A stretch of 60,689 bases of DNA from a virus (IMGVR_UViG_3300042922_000286:64001-124689); one strand, 5' to 3'; counted from the stretch's first letter, positions 9,558-18,527 are shown. Notes: generated by a model not told the origin, from the sequence alone. A program made the numbers and translations.

Positions 9558-11003
9558 TTACTCACTCCCTTTTTCCGAGTATTTTTTCATCATCAGTTTG
9601 GTAGCCTCACCGATGTTGACGTTATGCTCCTTCGCATACTCAGCAGCTTTGTCAGCTACGAAGTTGCGGAATTCTACTTCGTCAGCAAAGTCTTCTTTAG
9701 ATTGAGGATCGGCGCTGCCCCGGCGAATCGAAGTACCATTAGGAGCGGAGAAACGAGCACCTGCAAACTTCTCCTGAACCTCGTTCTCGAAGCCCTCTTT
9801 AGCACCTTTGATCTCATCAATCGAAAGAGTATCGAGGAATTTGGTGAAGAGTTCAGCGTTGAATGCATTACCTTGTGCGCGGACACCTGCTTCGATAGTC
9901 GCGCTAATCAGGTCTTGACGGTAGGTTTCAGCCAGCCCCGCCTTCTCCGTCAACTGCTCATTAGCCGTAGTAAGCTCGCTGATAGTCTCATCCTTTTGGG
10001 ACAGTTGAGCTTCCAGATCAGTCACCTTCGTATTAGCAGTAGACAATTCCTGATCCTTAGTAGCCAGTTCAGCTTCTTTAGCAGACAATTGTTCCTGTAC
10101 GCCCGAGAAGGCTTGAAGTGCAGTAGTAAGTTCCTCAGGAGTTCCTGCCTTCACACCGAACTGTCCGAGAACCTCCAAGACTTTTTGCAATTCCATTTCC
10201 TGCTCACTCCTTTTTCTCAATTCTTGCGAACCGTTGGTTCGGTCGTCGGTATCAGTGAACAATACTGAACCGTCTTTGGTGTAGTATTGATAGATGGTTG
10301 CTTGAAGAGGTATGTCCTTGAAGTCCTCTACTAGATGTAGTTTAGTACCGTTATCAGAATCGCTAACACCATTGGCAGAAAAATCACTCTTGGTGATAGT
10401 TGCTCTGTTACATGCACCTGCGTACACTAGTGAGTTCTCTAGCAACTCCCCTTGCCCGTCCTTACCTACGATGACGTAGCACGTCTCGGCTTTGTCCTCA
10501 CCGTCACGACTTACCACATACTTCTCGCCCGGGTAGTGGCTGCAACTTCTCCAATCTCGAATATCGTTATTACAGATGGAGCACTCCCAACTGTGGGCAT
10601 TGAATCCGATAGACGTGTCGAAGATAGTACCTGCATCTATGCCCTTAGCAAGGTCATCTGTGGTCATGCCTCCCTGAGTATTACGCCCTAAGTCGATGTA
10701 GAACTTACCGTTAAGCGACACCATAGCATCGCCGCTATCGTTGGCCTCGTAAGACATTTCAGCGTCGAAAGAACGCCCAACAGGTAACGTGCGGCTGTTA
10801 TGGTTCATCAGCAAACCTACACCACGTTGAGTATCTTGTTGAAACTTAGTCAACAAGTTCGGGTGAAGCTTGGACGAATACGCCGTAACTTGGTTGTCGA
10901 TCATAAGGTTCTTGAAAACGTAACAGTTATCCTCAGTCAGAGCTACCTGCGTAAATCGATTGATCTTTGTTAATTCATCCTGTGTCGGTCTTGGCACGGT
11001 CAC
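9558..11003 (-). CDS. Prohead protease/scaffold fusion
   Basis: 481 aa. N-terminal protease-like region (LLMNHNSRTLPVGRSF, DTSIGF, ENSLVYAGA) and a C-terminal coiled-coil scaffold. Confidence 0.75.
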   Translation of the reverse strand: MTVPRPTQDELTKINRFTQVALTEDNCYVFKNLMIDNQVTAYSSKLHPNLLTKFQQDTQRGVGLLMNHNSRTLPVGRSFDAEMSYEANDSGDAMVSLNGKFYIDLGRNTQGGMTTDDLAKGIDAGTIFDTSIGFNAHSWECSICNNDIRDWRSCSHYPGEKYVVSRDGEDKAETCYVIVGKDGQGELLENSLVYAGACNRATITKSDFSANGVSDSDNGTKLHLVEDFKDIPLQATIYQYYTKDGSVLFTDTDDRTNGSQELRKRSEQEMELQKVLEVLGQFGVKAGTPEELTTALQAFSGVQEQLSAKEAELATKDQELSTANTKVTDLEAQLSQKDETISELTTANEQLTEKAGLAETYRQDLISATIEAGVRAQGNAFNAELFTKFLDTLSIDEIKGAKEGFENEVQEKFAGARFSAPNGTSIRRGSADPQSKEDFADEVEFRNFVADKAAEYAKEHNVNIGEATKLMMKKYSEKGSE

Positions 11004-11080
11004 ACCTCCCTTAATCCGATGCTTTGTTTAGGATAGACAGTAACGCACGAAATACCTCTACTCCGTGCGCTATCTTACGT

Positions 11081-12526
11081 TTATCCACCGCTAGGTCTGG
11101 TAGCCCCCTGAGGCGTCCCGCCTTCGGAGGTCTTCGCGCTACCTTTCAACATCTCCATATTAGGTTCGGCTACGGACGGAGTACCAACTGCCTCGATTGA
11201 AGCCATGTCCTGATCTATCCAGCCTTGGTCGCGCTTGTATGCAATGTTCTGCAATTTGATCTGATTGAACTGCTCTTGTTCGAGTTCCGTTCTGATCTCG
11301 ATAGGCTCAAACTCAAACTGCACAATGCCCTGCTTGCCATTCATGTTCAGCATGATGGTGAGCGCACGACTGATAATCCGCGACACAACATCCTGCACGG
11401 CTTTAACGCCCGCCATGTACAGCTTGATCTCCAGCTTGGCAAAGGACTCTGTGTTACCCGAAGACCTTCTGCCCATGATTGTGGAGAGGGTCTTCAACCC
11501 TGCCATAATTTGATTGTCAATAACGGTCATCAGAGCCTCAGGATCGATCAGCGATCCGCCGCCGCTGCCGCCGCCGACAGTACCCATCTCGATAGAGTCA
11601 AAGTGAACGAACGTATCGTCAGGCTGCAACCCGTTGTACATCTCGATAACCTCTTGCAGCTTCGCCTTCAACCATGTAGCTTTCTTCTCTTCGTTGTTGC
11701 GGATATTGATAGGCACCCGGTTAAGCAGGACTTCCTCAAGGATTTTAATATCGAACCTCGGGTAGCCTTGGTTGTGAACGACAGCCTTGATGTCCTGCAA
11801 TACCTGAAGCTGAAACAAAATCATCTGCACCGCGTTGGTGAACGGGGAGCGCCCGTAAGGATCATCAATGCGGTCATCCAACGCTTCGTAAATGAATGTC
11901 GGAATATCCAAGCTGATCTTGTCCGTATCCTGATAGGGCACATAGCGATCTTGCTCGAACCTGAACGTAATTGTTGCAGGGTCAATAGGTGCTAGGAAGG
12001 CTACACCAGTAAGCGACGAAGCCAGCACCAACTCTAGCGAACCTGCACCCCGGGTCAGTACCGACAGCATGAGTTGATTAATGACCTTCTTGAGGGAGCG
12101 AGAGGACTCGAAGCGATTAATGTTGGGCAGTTCCAGCATTTGAAGGAACTGGTCAATTAGTTTTTTGCTTGCTGCGTCCTCTTTATCAGAGCCGACTTTC
12201 ATTACCTTGTACTTGAAGTCACAATTTCCGATCCGCAGGAAGTTCCACAAAGCGAACCCAAGGTCAGGGTGAGCATCCGACAAGATATCGATCAAACTGT
12301 CGAGGGAGGCTGATTGTAGCGAAGCCTCGTCCAGCATTAACTCCGACTGTGCTCTACGAGGCAGGTTACCGCCAGCACCGCCGCCGCCCATGGCGAACCG
12401 CGGAATAGTGGTACGGCTACCGCCAAAGTCAGGTACATCAGGGGCTTGGGCCGTGGCAGCGGCAAGCCGAGTAGGCTGCTGTTTCTTGCGCTTTCGGAAC
12501 GAGAAGAAATCTCTAATACTAGCCAA
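11081..12526 (-). CDS. Portal protein
   Basis: 481 aa. LTRGAGSLELVL...APIDPATITF, DDPYGRSP and NQGYPRFDI are portal-like; position between terminase and protease. Confidence 0.8.
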   Translation of the reverse strand: MASIRDFFSFRKRKKQQPTRLAAATAQAPDVPDFGGSRTTIPRFAMGGGGAGGNLPRRAQSELMLDEASLQSASLDSLIDILSDAHPDLGFALWNFLRIGNCDFKYKVMKVGSDKEDAASKKLIDQFLQMLELPNINRFESSRSLKKVINQLMLSVLTRGAGSLELVLASSLTGVAFLAPIDPATITFRFEQDRYVPYQDTDKISLDIPTFIYEALDDRIDDPYGRSPFTNAVQMILFQLQVLQDIKAVVHNQGYPRFDIKILEEVLLNRVPINIRNNEEKKATWLKAKLQEVIEMYNGLQPDDTFVHFDSIEMGTVGGGSGGGSLIDPEALMTVIDNQIMAGLKTLSTIMGRRSSGNTESFAKLEIKLYMAGVKAVQDVVSRIISRALTIMLNMNGKQGIVQFEFEPIEIRTELEQEQFNQIKLQNIAYKRDQGWIDQDMASIEAVGTPSVAEPNMEMLKGSAKTSEGGTPQGATRPSGG

Positions 12527-12539
12527 TGGTTACCCCTCC

Positions 12540-13316
12540 TTAATCGATAATGTCGTCGATACGATGGAATATTTGTTTACGCGAATCCGCGAATATCTGC
12601 ACAGCACCGAACCCTATACTGTTCATTGCAAAGCCTTTTTGCTCTCCGTAGCCGCCATCGCCAACCGCGGTTCCTGTGTTAACGAACATCTGATGAATCT
12701 CGGCCAGCTCGTCGGAGTGCGGTTGCGGCACCATAACCTTGCGGTTGAATGACAGCAACTTGTGCGTGTGACCCATGAAGTACAGGTGTGCTATGCAACG
12801 TTCGCGCATACCGAGCAACCCGTTGATTACACTGCTCTCCTTGGTGCCCCCAGTTGACCCATGCCAAGCGTAAGCAGAGTAGGTAAGATTTGACCCAAGG
12901 TTGTAGTTTACAACGCCTGAGAATTGACCGTAGGCATCGTAGCGGTCTATACGGTGACAGAACTCTTGGACAATCTCGAACGAGGTGTCGCGGATTATCC
13001 TTTCTTCGTGATTACCTTCAACAACCAAATCAATGAGGTCTGCGTACGGCTTGAACTGCTCCACAGCGACTTCAAACTGCCGCTGAGTGGGATAAGACTC
13101 TTCGTATACCGAACGTCCCACAGAGGTCTTTGTGGCCACCTCCATGAGATCGCCCATGAGGACTACTCGGCAACGGTTACGGTTCTTACCTACGAAGCGG
13201 AGAGCGCGTTCAAGGTAGTGCGGGTTATAATGCTTATTGCCGTAGTGAATATCACCTAGCGGAACGATGTACATTGATTTATGGTCACCTTTGTAACCTG
13301 ATAGGAATTGTTTCAC
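12540..13316 (-). CDS. Calcineurin-like metallophosphoesterase
   Basis: Motifs GDIHYG, MGDLME, EGNHE, WHG, MGHTH. Confidence 0.85.
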   Translation of the reverse strand: MKQFLSGYKGDHKSMYIVPLGDIHYGNKHYNPHYLERALRFVGKNRNRCRVVLMGDLMEVATKTSVGRSVYEESYPTQRQFEVAVEQFKPYADLIDLVVEGNHEERIIRDTSFEIVQEFCHRIDRYDAYGQFSGVVNYNLGSNLTYSAYAWHGSTGGTKESSVINGLLGMRERCIAHLYFMGHTHKLLSFNRKVMVPQPHSDELAEIHQMFVNTGTAVGDGGYGEQKGFAMNSIGFGAVQIFADSRKQIFHRIDDIID

Positions 13317-13376
13317 GCGGATATTACCTCCCCTTTGTGCGTATACTTGCGACTCTCTCTAGGTTAGACCGAAACT

Positions 13377-13400
13377 AAAAAAGCCGCCCGAAGGCGACTC
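13377..13400 (-). terminator. Intrinsic terminator downstream of terL
   Basis: GAGTCGCC-TTCG-GGCGGCTT then TTTT on the minus strand. Confidence 0.75.
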
Positions 13401-13476
13401 ATAGTTGCCAACGAAGTTGGCGACAGTTAAGTTTATAAAGCTTAAGTTCTAATTCTTAAAGATTATATAATTCTTA

Positions 13477-13586
13477 GGGGTCATTTTTTGACCCTTCGTA
13501 GGTTCATTTTTTGACCCTCGCAGTGTCACTTTTTGACCCTACGCAGGTTCATTTTTTGACCCTTCGTAGGTTCATTATCTGACCCT
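13477..13586. repeat. Five tandem 22-23-bp iteron-like direct repeats
   Basis: Units start at 13481, 13504, 13526, 13549 and 13572; consensus TCATTTTTTGACCCTTCGTAGGT. An AT-rich stretch (13425-13476) is adjacent. Confidence 0.9.
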
Positions 13587-15326
13587 CATTACTCCACCTG
13601 TCTTTAGTTTGATGGAAGTTCCTCGTTGGGCACCTGCTAGAAGTGGCATGGAGAAGTGGGTAGGCGGTATAACCTCGTCCATAGTACATATCCACACAGC
13701 CCCAGCGCGGGCATCAGAAAAGTCCTTAGCCTTATCGGGGTCGTGGTCGATCTTATTGCCGTTGATAACCTTAAGGTACTTAAGTTCCTCATTAGCGTTC
13801 TTCCGATGACCGTCCTCATTCAACGTATGGTCAAGAAGCTCGATGCTATCCGTATAGATATAACCCTTGAAGTTCGTGTAGATTTGGACTTGGAACGGGT
13901 TCGAGAAGTTCTTGTCCTCCGCTTCCACGCCCATCGATATTAACCTTTGTACAACTTCTGCGGAGTTAAATTTATCGAACAACGCCTTCTTCACGTAGAC
14001 CTGAGAACAGATTTGCTCCAATATCTCGGCCACGTTCAGTAAGTCAACTGGGAGCCTGTCCTTTTTGGATGGCCTCCACTCCAAGATCAAATCCTCGACA
14101 GGCTTGTTTACCCATTTGGCCACTTCCTGACCGTTCTCATATATTAGCATCTCTGTAGGCTCGGCATGGTACAGGGTGATAACGTAGCTGTCGGTATTAA
14201 CACCGCCGTCGCCGCCAAGGTAGTAGGTAAATTGCGGGTCGAGTTGTAGATTGAATAATTCCAAGCCTATGAAATACCGCTGCTCTCCGCTTTGCAGGGT
14301 GCGTGTGGTGACCTTGTTTTGGATAATTAGGTTCGGACATTGCGACTGTTTACCGAGCTGGACTACGCCCATAATCTTTTCAGGGAACTGGAACAGACCT
14401 TCGGCCACCGCGGGCGGGATACACTCGTACTTAATCTGCGAACCTTCGGGGTCACGTTCATAGTCCTTATTAAGAGACTCTCGCTTGATCTTAGGGTTAA
14501 CTTCCCAAGACGCTCCTTTGGTGGCCCAAACTTTCGGGTCTTTCTGAACTATCGCCTCTCTGTACTTCCGCATCATGAAGTCCTCTGAGTGGCGAGGGAA
14601 CGAGATAAAGATCAGGAGCATACGTTCATTGTACCGAGATACCGCGGACGAACGGAGCGTAGAGTAGATATCCTCAGCCGCCTCGTACTCAAATCCCCCA
14701 ATCTCGTCAAAGATTACGACAAATGGGTTGAATCCCTCAAAAGAATCACCCTCGGAGTGAGCACTATGCGCGGTAATATTCTTGTAAAAACGTATCTGAT
14801 TCTTTGTAAGTTGGAACTCCTTCGGAGAGGTAGGGGCGCCATTAACCCGCTCAAACCACTTGCAGTTCATAATACGAGCTTTCAGCTTCTTAAAGAATAC
14901 ATTATTCGCTTGGTAGGCATTGATCGCTACGTTGATAAGGTCAATTGGTTCGTCCTGACCGAATCCCGCGAACTCCTGAGGGTTCGTGAGGCAACACAGC
15001 AGGTAGCAGACGTAGGCAAGAATCCCCGAGGCAAGGAAGTCCTTACCCGACCCTTTACCAAACATTACAACCATTTCCTCGACCTCTTGCAGGTCAACGG
15101 GGCAGTTATGCTTCTCACCAGTCAACTTCCACCAAATAACATCGTTTACCGCGTTGATAAGTTCTGTCTGCTTCCCGGGATATGGTGTCTCCTTGAGGTA
15201 TTCTACGAAGAAGGTCAGCAGGTCTACGGGGGTTTCCCTCCACAGACCTACGCTGGCCGTCTTACTTGCTGCCATATTCAAGAATGATTCAAATAGATTC
15301 TCTAACTTACTAGCCATCAAAACCAC
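13575..15326 (-). CDS. terL: Terminase large subunit
   Basis: Walker A MFGKGSGKD, Walker B VVIFDE, RNase H-like YLGGDG and C-terminal KIDH...KDFSDA. Confidence 0.92.
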   Translation of the reverse strand: MVLMASKLENLFESFLNMAASKTASVGLWRETPVDLLTFFVEYLKETPYPGKQTELINAVNDVIWWKLTGEKHNCPVDLQEVEEMVVMFGKGSGKDFLASGILAYVCYLLCCLTNPQEFAGFGQDEPIDLINVAINAYQANNVFFKKLKARIMNCKWFERVNGAPTSPKEFQLTKNQIRFYKNITAHSAHSEGDSFEGFNPFVVIFDEIGGFEYEAAEDIYSTLRSSAVSRYNERMLLIFISFPRHSEDFMMRKYREAIVQKDPKVWATKGASWEVNPKIKRESLNKDYERDPEGSQIKYECIPPAVAEGLFQFPEKIMGVVQLGKQSQCPNLIIQNKVTTRTLQSGEQRYFIGLELFNLQLDPQFTYYLGGDGGVNTDSYVITLYHAEPTEMLIYENGQEVAKWVNKPVEDLILEWRPSKKDRLPVDLLNVAEILEQICSQVYVKKALFDKFNSAEVVQRLISMGVEAEDKNFSNPFQVQIYTNFKGYIYTDSIELLDHTLNEDGHRKNANEELKYLKVINGNKIDHDPDKAKDFSDARAGAVWICTMDEVIPPTHFSMPLLAGAQRGTSIKLKTGGVMRVR

Positions 15327-15513
15327 CGCCTAGCTGATCGGGAATATCAATTCCCTCTTCATCGATATATTGCTCGGTCACTGTTTGCACAACGCCCCTG
15401 TTCTGTAATAGTTGCAGAGCCTTAACAAGCGGCAACGAATGCCCTTCCATAACCAATTTCCCGTCGATATACAAAGCCTCCCAATCAGGGAGGGACAAGA
15501 GATGAATATTCAT
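15310..15513 (-). CDS. Hypothetical protein (67 aa)
   Basis: Overlaps both neighbours in the operon; DWEALYIDGKLVMEGHSL. Confidence 0.6.
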   Translation of the reverse strand: MNIHLLSLPDWEALYIDGKLVMEGHSLPLVKALQLLQNRGVVQTVTEQYIDEEGIDIPDQLGGGFDG

Positions 15514-16112
15514 TTCTTGTCACCTTCTTTGTTCCCTCCGCCGATCAGGTCAGCGAACCACTGCGTACCTTTGGCGGCGCGGAGACGCTCTGCAATTGTC
15601 GGGATTTTTTCAGGGCATTCATCACTCAGAGTCTCAATAACGACTTCCATGAACTTACGCACGTTGTCGTAGTCGTTAATCTCCCGTTGAATATCACCCA
15701 TATGCTTCAACATCTCACGCATCTCGGAGATGAGAGCCTTCCATGCGTAAGCATTGATTGGCTTATTCTTCTGCACCCAATCCTCTTCCATAGCGTTAAT
15801 GATGGCCTTCGTCTTCTCGTACATGGTCTTTACCTCGAAGATAACGTCCATTTGAGAATTGACCACCTCAACCATACGACGCTTCGAGTTGGACACGATT
15901 TCCTTGGTCACCGCGGGAACGGTGTCAAGAAAGCGCATCACGACAAATTTATCGATAGGATCGGCGGCGGGAACCTTGCCAGAGGCGTTCATCTCGTCCG
16001 CAATTTTCTGATAGGATAGGTTCTGCTGCCTGAGCGCAATAACGTCCTGCTCGATCTTGTATTTCACTATTTTCGATACTTGTACGATTCCCCCATTACT
16101 CATTTGTCCCAC
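15510..16112 (-). CDS. Putative terminase small subunit
   Basis: 200 aa (probable start ATG 16103). N-terminal HTH-like segment (IALRQQNLSYQKIADEMN), helical C-terminus, upstream of terL. Confidence 0.55.
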   Translation of the reverse strand: MGQMSNGGIVQVSKIVKYKIEQDVIALRQQNLSYQKIADEMNASGKVPAADPIDKFVVMRFLDTVPAVTKEIVSNSKRRMVEVVNSQMDVIFEVKTMYEKTKAIINAMEEDWVQKNKPINAYAWKALISEMREMLKHMGDIQREINDYDNVRKFMEVVIETLSDECPEKIPTIAERLRAAKGTQWFADLIGGGNKEGDKK

Positions 16113-16117
16113 TCTCC

Positions 16118-16438
16118 TTATTTGCCATCTTCGTCGTTATTCAACGACTCGACGTAATCATCAATTATCTTCGCGGCAAACGCTTGAATCTTTTCGTCAT
16201 CAGCAGTGTAGAGACCGCACCTCTTGATGTTAAACTCCACTTCAACATCCACCCGCCACTTATCCAAGGCTGCTTCTTCAATAGAGAGCAAGGCATCTCT
16301 GGTACTTTTGAACCTGACGCATTTGTGCTCAAACCGGCAGGTGTCACACAGGTGCTCAATCGTTACATCGATGTTATGGATTTGCATTCCAACCACCTCG
16401 TCTCTCACGGTTCCTATCAAATAGGTTAGACCGATCAC
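16118..16438 (-). CDS. Hypothetical protein (106 aa, Cys cluster)
   Basis: First gene of the leftward operon; HLCDTCRFEHKC. Confidence 0.6.
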   Translation of the reverse strand: MIGLTYLIGTVRDEVVGMQIHNIDVTIEHLCDTCRFEHKCVRFKSTRDALLSIEEAALDKWRVDVEVEFNIKRCGLYTADDEKIQAFAAKIIDDYVESLNNDEDGK

Positions 16439-16509
16439 TTAACTGGCGCACCATTGTTGCGTATAGGTAATTAGAAGGACACCGTTGAAAAATTTTTTAT
16501 TACAGAAAG

Positions 16510-16526
16510 TATAGGTACTACCTATA
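16510..16526. promoter_or_regulatory. Palindromic operator-like site TATAGGTA-C-TACCTATA
   Basis: Perfect 8-1-8 palindrome in the divergent intergenic gap; related sites at 22523, 25599, 31395 and 57684. Confidence 0.65.
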
Positions 16527-16544
16527 TAGAATGGGATGGTGTGT

Positions 16545-16709
16545 ATGGCGCATCAGTGGAGACGGGGTAACCAAAAAGGTCAAATTAACCGCAAGTCGCT
16601 AAAGCAAGTAGAGCGGCAGAGTGAAATAAACAAAAGGCTGACTGATCTCATGGAAGAAACAAGACGAAAGCGAGAGGGGGATCAGTATGAGAGTGAGGTT
16701 CGGTATTGA
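16545..16709 (+). CDS. Hypothetical basic protein (54 aa; not in the ORF track)
   Basis: MAHQWRRGNQKGQINRKSLKQVERQSEINKRLTDLMEETRRKREGDQYESEVRY*, overlaps the next gene. Confidence 0.5.
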   Translation: MAHQWRRGNQKGQINRKSLKQVERQSEINKRLTDLMEETRRKREGDQYESEVRY

Positions 16710-17049
16710 GCCGCAGATACGGTTCGGGTTCGGTATGACGGAGGACGGGTTCGAAGCAGACTATCTATTCTTCCGTTTTTCAGTTAAGAAACGGAATTAC
16801 TCGTGGGAAACAACGGAGCCGCGGCGGGTTGTCATTGCAGGGAGTTATCAAGAGTTCTTGGGGTGGTGCATCAGGTCGGGCCATAGTCCAAAGATGTTCA
16901 ATCTGATAGAGAACTCGCAGCAGTTGGTTGGGTTGAAGGGTAGACAGGTTGACGTGTATTACATAGGAACGTTCGCGCAAAACCCCATCTGTATGGATGT
17001 TGCATGGAACGAAATCGAATTTAGAAGGGAGATTTACTGCTATGAATAA
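16687..17049 (+). CDS. Hypothetical protein (120 aa)
   Basis: SD GAGGGGG; coupled with its neighbours. Confidence 0.6.
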   Translation: MRVRFGIEPQIRFGFGMTEDGFEADYLFFRFSVKKRNYSWETTEPRRVVIAGSYQEFLGWCIRSGHSPKMFNLIENSQQLVGLKGRQVDVYYIGTFAQNPICMDVAWNEIEFRREIYCYE

Positions 17050-17431
17050 AAACAAATTTAACAAGCTCCGCATGAATCACACCGAGGGCTTTGTAGTGTT
17101 CGAGATCACCTGCGAGAGGAGTGGCTCCGTAGAACATAGACTCCCATTCTATGGTATGGAAGAGTTGTATGTAATACTAAATGCTGTATTCAAGCGGCAG
17201 CATCGCTTAGTAATGGCCGACGTGTACAGCAGTTACGATGTGGACGAAATCATTCTCAGAGGCATCGAGATAGTAGGGTCGGATGCTACGGGGAACTCGA
17301 TTAAAGCGTGTGTCATGGATGAAGAGGGCGCTTACGCATATGCCGAACTCGATGAGAGCAAGGTCGATCAGGCCAATGTGGAACGGCTGAATAGGCTGCG
17401 GGAGCACTTGCGCGAAGGATTACGTATCTAA
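17042..17431 (+). CDS. Hypothetical protein (129 aa)
   Basis: ATG 17042 after AAGGGAG; overlaps the upstream stop. Confidence 0.6.
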   Translation: MNKNKFNKLRMNHTEGFVVFEITCERSGSVEHRLPFYGMEELYVILNAVFKRQHRLVMADVYSSYDVDEIILRGIEIVGSDATGNSIKACVMDEEGAYAYAELDESKVDQANVERLNRLREHLREGLRI

Positions 17432-17491
17432 TCCTTCGCCAGTACACCCGCTGCGGATTAGGGCTGGATACAACAAAAAGGTGGTGAGTAC

Positions 17492-18202
17492 ATGAGGACT
17501 TTAGTAATATCGGACATCCACGGATATTTTGATCAGTTTAATGCTCTACTTACAAAGGTCGGGTACGATGTCAACCAAGACCAACTGATCCTTCTCGGTG
17601 ATTACGTTGACCGCGGATCGAATAGTAAATCTGTAGTCGAACAGGTCATGCAGTTGCATTCCCGAGGGGCCGTTGTACTACTTGGGAATCACGACCAAAT
17701 GTTCCTCGACGCAATCTTTCGTGGAGAACACATGATGTGGCTCAGTAACGGCGGACAGGGTACGTTTTTTAGCTACTGTGGGAATGATTGGTTTGGTGAA
17801 GATAATGTTACAAATGAACGTTACTATGAGGGGGTAGAGTTCATAAAAAAGAACTTTGCTCATCACCTTGAGTTCCTTTCGTCTCTACCATACTTCTATG
17901 AAGACAATAAACACGTCTTTGTCCACGCGGGACTGGACCCGGACGCTTCAACAAACTGGCGCGAACAAGGACGGGACAACTTCCTTTGGATTCGCGAAAA
18001 GTTCTTGTTCCGAGAAACTGGGATTAATAAGCAGCTAGTGTTCGGGCACACGCCTACAGTGAATATGCAGCCCGGCAACCCGGGACTGTGGTGGCAGTCG
18101 GATAAAGTAGGTATCGACGGCGGTATGTGCTTCGGGCATCAACTCAACTGCCTTGAGATTACCAACGGTAAATACTACGAGCACAGCTACAAGGGGGTAT
18201 AA
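17492..18202 (+). CDS. Ser/Thr protein phosphatase family metallophosphoesterase (lambda NinI/PrpA-like)
   Basis: SDIHG, LGDYVDRG, LGNHD, VHAG, FGHTP, IDGG. Confidence 0.9.
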   Translation: MRTLVISDIHGYFDQFNALLTKVGYDVNQDQLILLGDYVDRGSNSKSVVEQVMQLHSRGAVVLLGNHDQMFLDAIFRGEHMMWLSNGGQGTFFSYCGNDWFGEDNVTNERYYEGVEFIKKNFAHHLEFLSSLPYFYEDNKHVFVHAGLDPDASTNWREQGRDNFLWIREKFLFRETGINKQLVFGHTPTVNMQPGNPGLWWQSDKVGIDGGMCFGHQLNCLEITNGKYYEHSYKGV

Positions 18203-18286
18203 CCTTGTCACATTACCCTCCACGGTCCCTCTTGTCGAGGATAAAAAATCCTGAAATCCGAACAAAACATTTTTTTCTTAGAAATA

Positions 18287-18314
18287 TAAACTTTATGTAG
18301 AATCCTTCCGATAT
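18287..18314 (+). promoter_or_regulatory. SigmaD (FliA)-type promoter
   Basis: TAAA-N16-TCCGATAT versus the B. subtilis sigmaD consensus TAAA-N16-GCCGATAT; 33 nt upstream of csrA. Confidence 0.8.
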
Positions 18315-18346
18315 ATCCTTTGTAACCATCAGGGAGGATGATACAA

Positions 18347-18508
18347 ATGGCGCTAGTGCTAGGAAGAAGACCGGGAGAAAGCATTATTATCAATGGCAAC
18401 ATCAAAATCACCGTCGTGAAGACGGAGGATCAAATGCTTCGACTAAGAATCGACGCGCCGAAGGATGTTTCAATTGTTCGGGAGGAAGTAATTCAGAAAG
18501 AGCATTGA
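18347..18508 (+). CDS. csrA: Carbon storage regulator CsrA, short 53-aa form (not in the ORF track)
   Basis: MALVLGRRPGESIIINGNIKITVVKTEDQMLRLRIDAPKDVSIVREEVIQKEH*; SD AGGGAGG; hallmark LVLxRR.GE.I.I and IDAPK.V.I.REE. Confidence 0.92.
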   Translation: MALVLGRRPGESIIINGNIKITVVKTEDQMLRLRIDAPKDVSIVREEVIQKEH

Positions 18509-18527
18509 TTGATTGATTGATTGATTC
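18504..18527. repeat. Tetranucleotide repeat (ATTG)5-ATTC
   Basis: Directly visible; overlaps the csrA stop codon. Confidence 0.9.

Noticed and set aside
13477-13586. Possible CRISPR array
   Set aside because: Repeats are directly tandem with no unique spacers and no cas genes are present; the same holds for the 57.4-57.6 kb array
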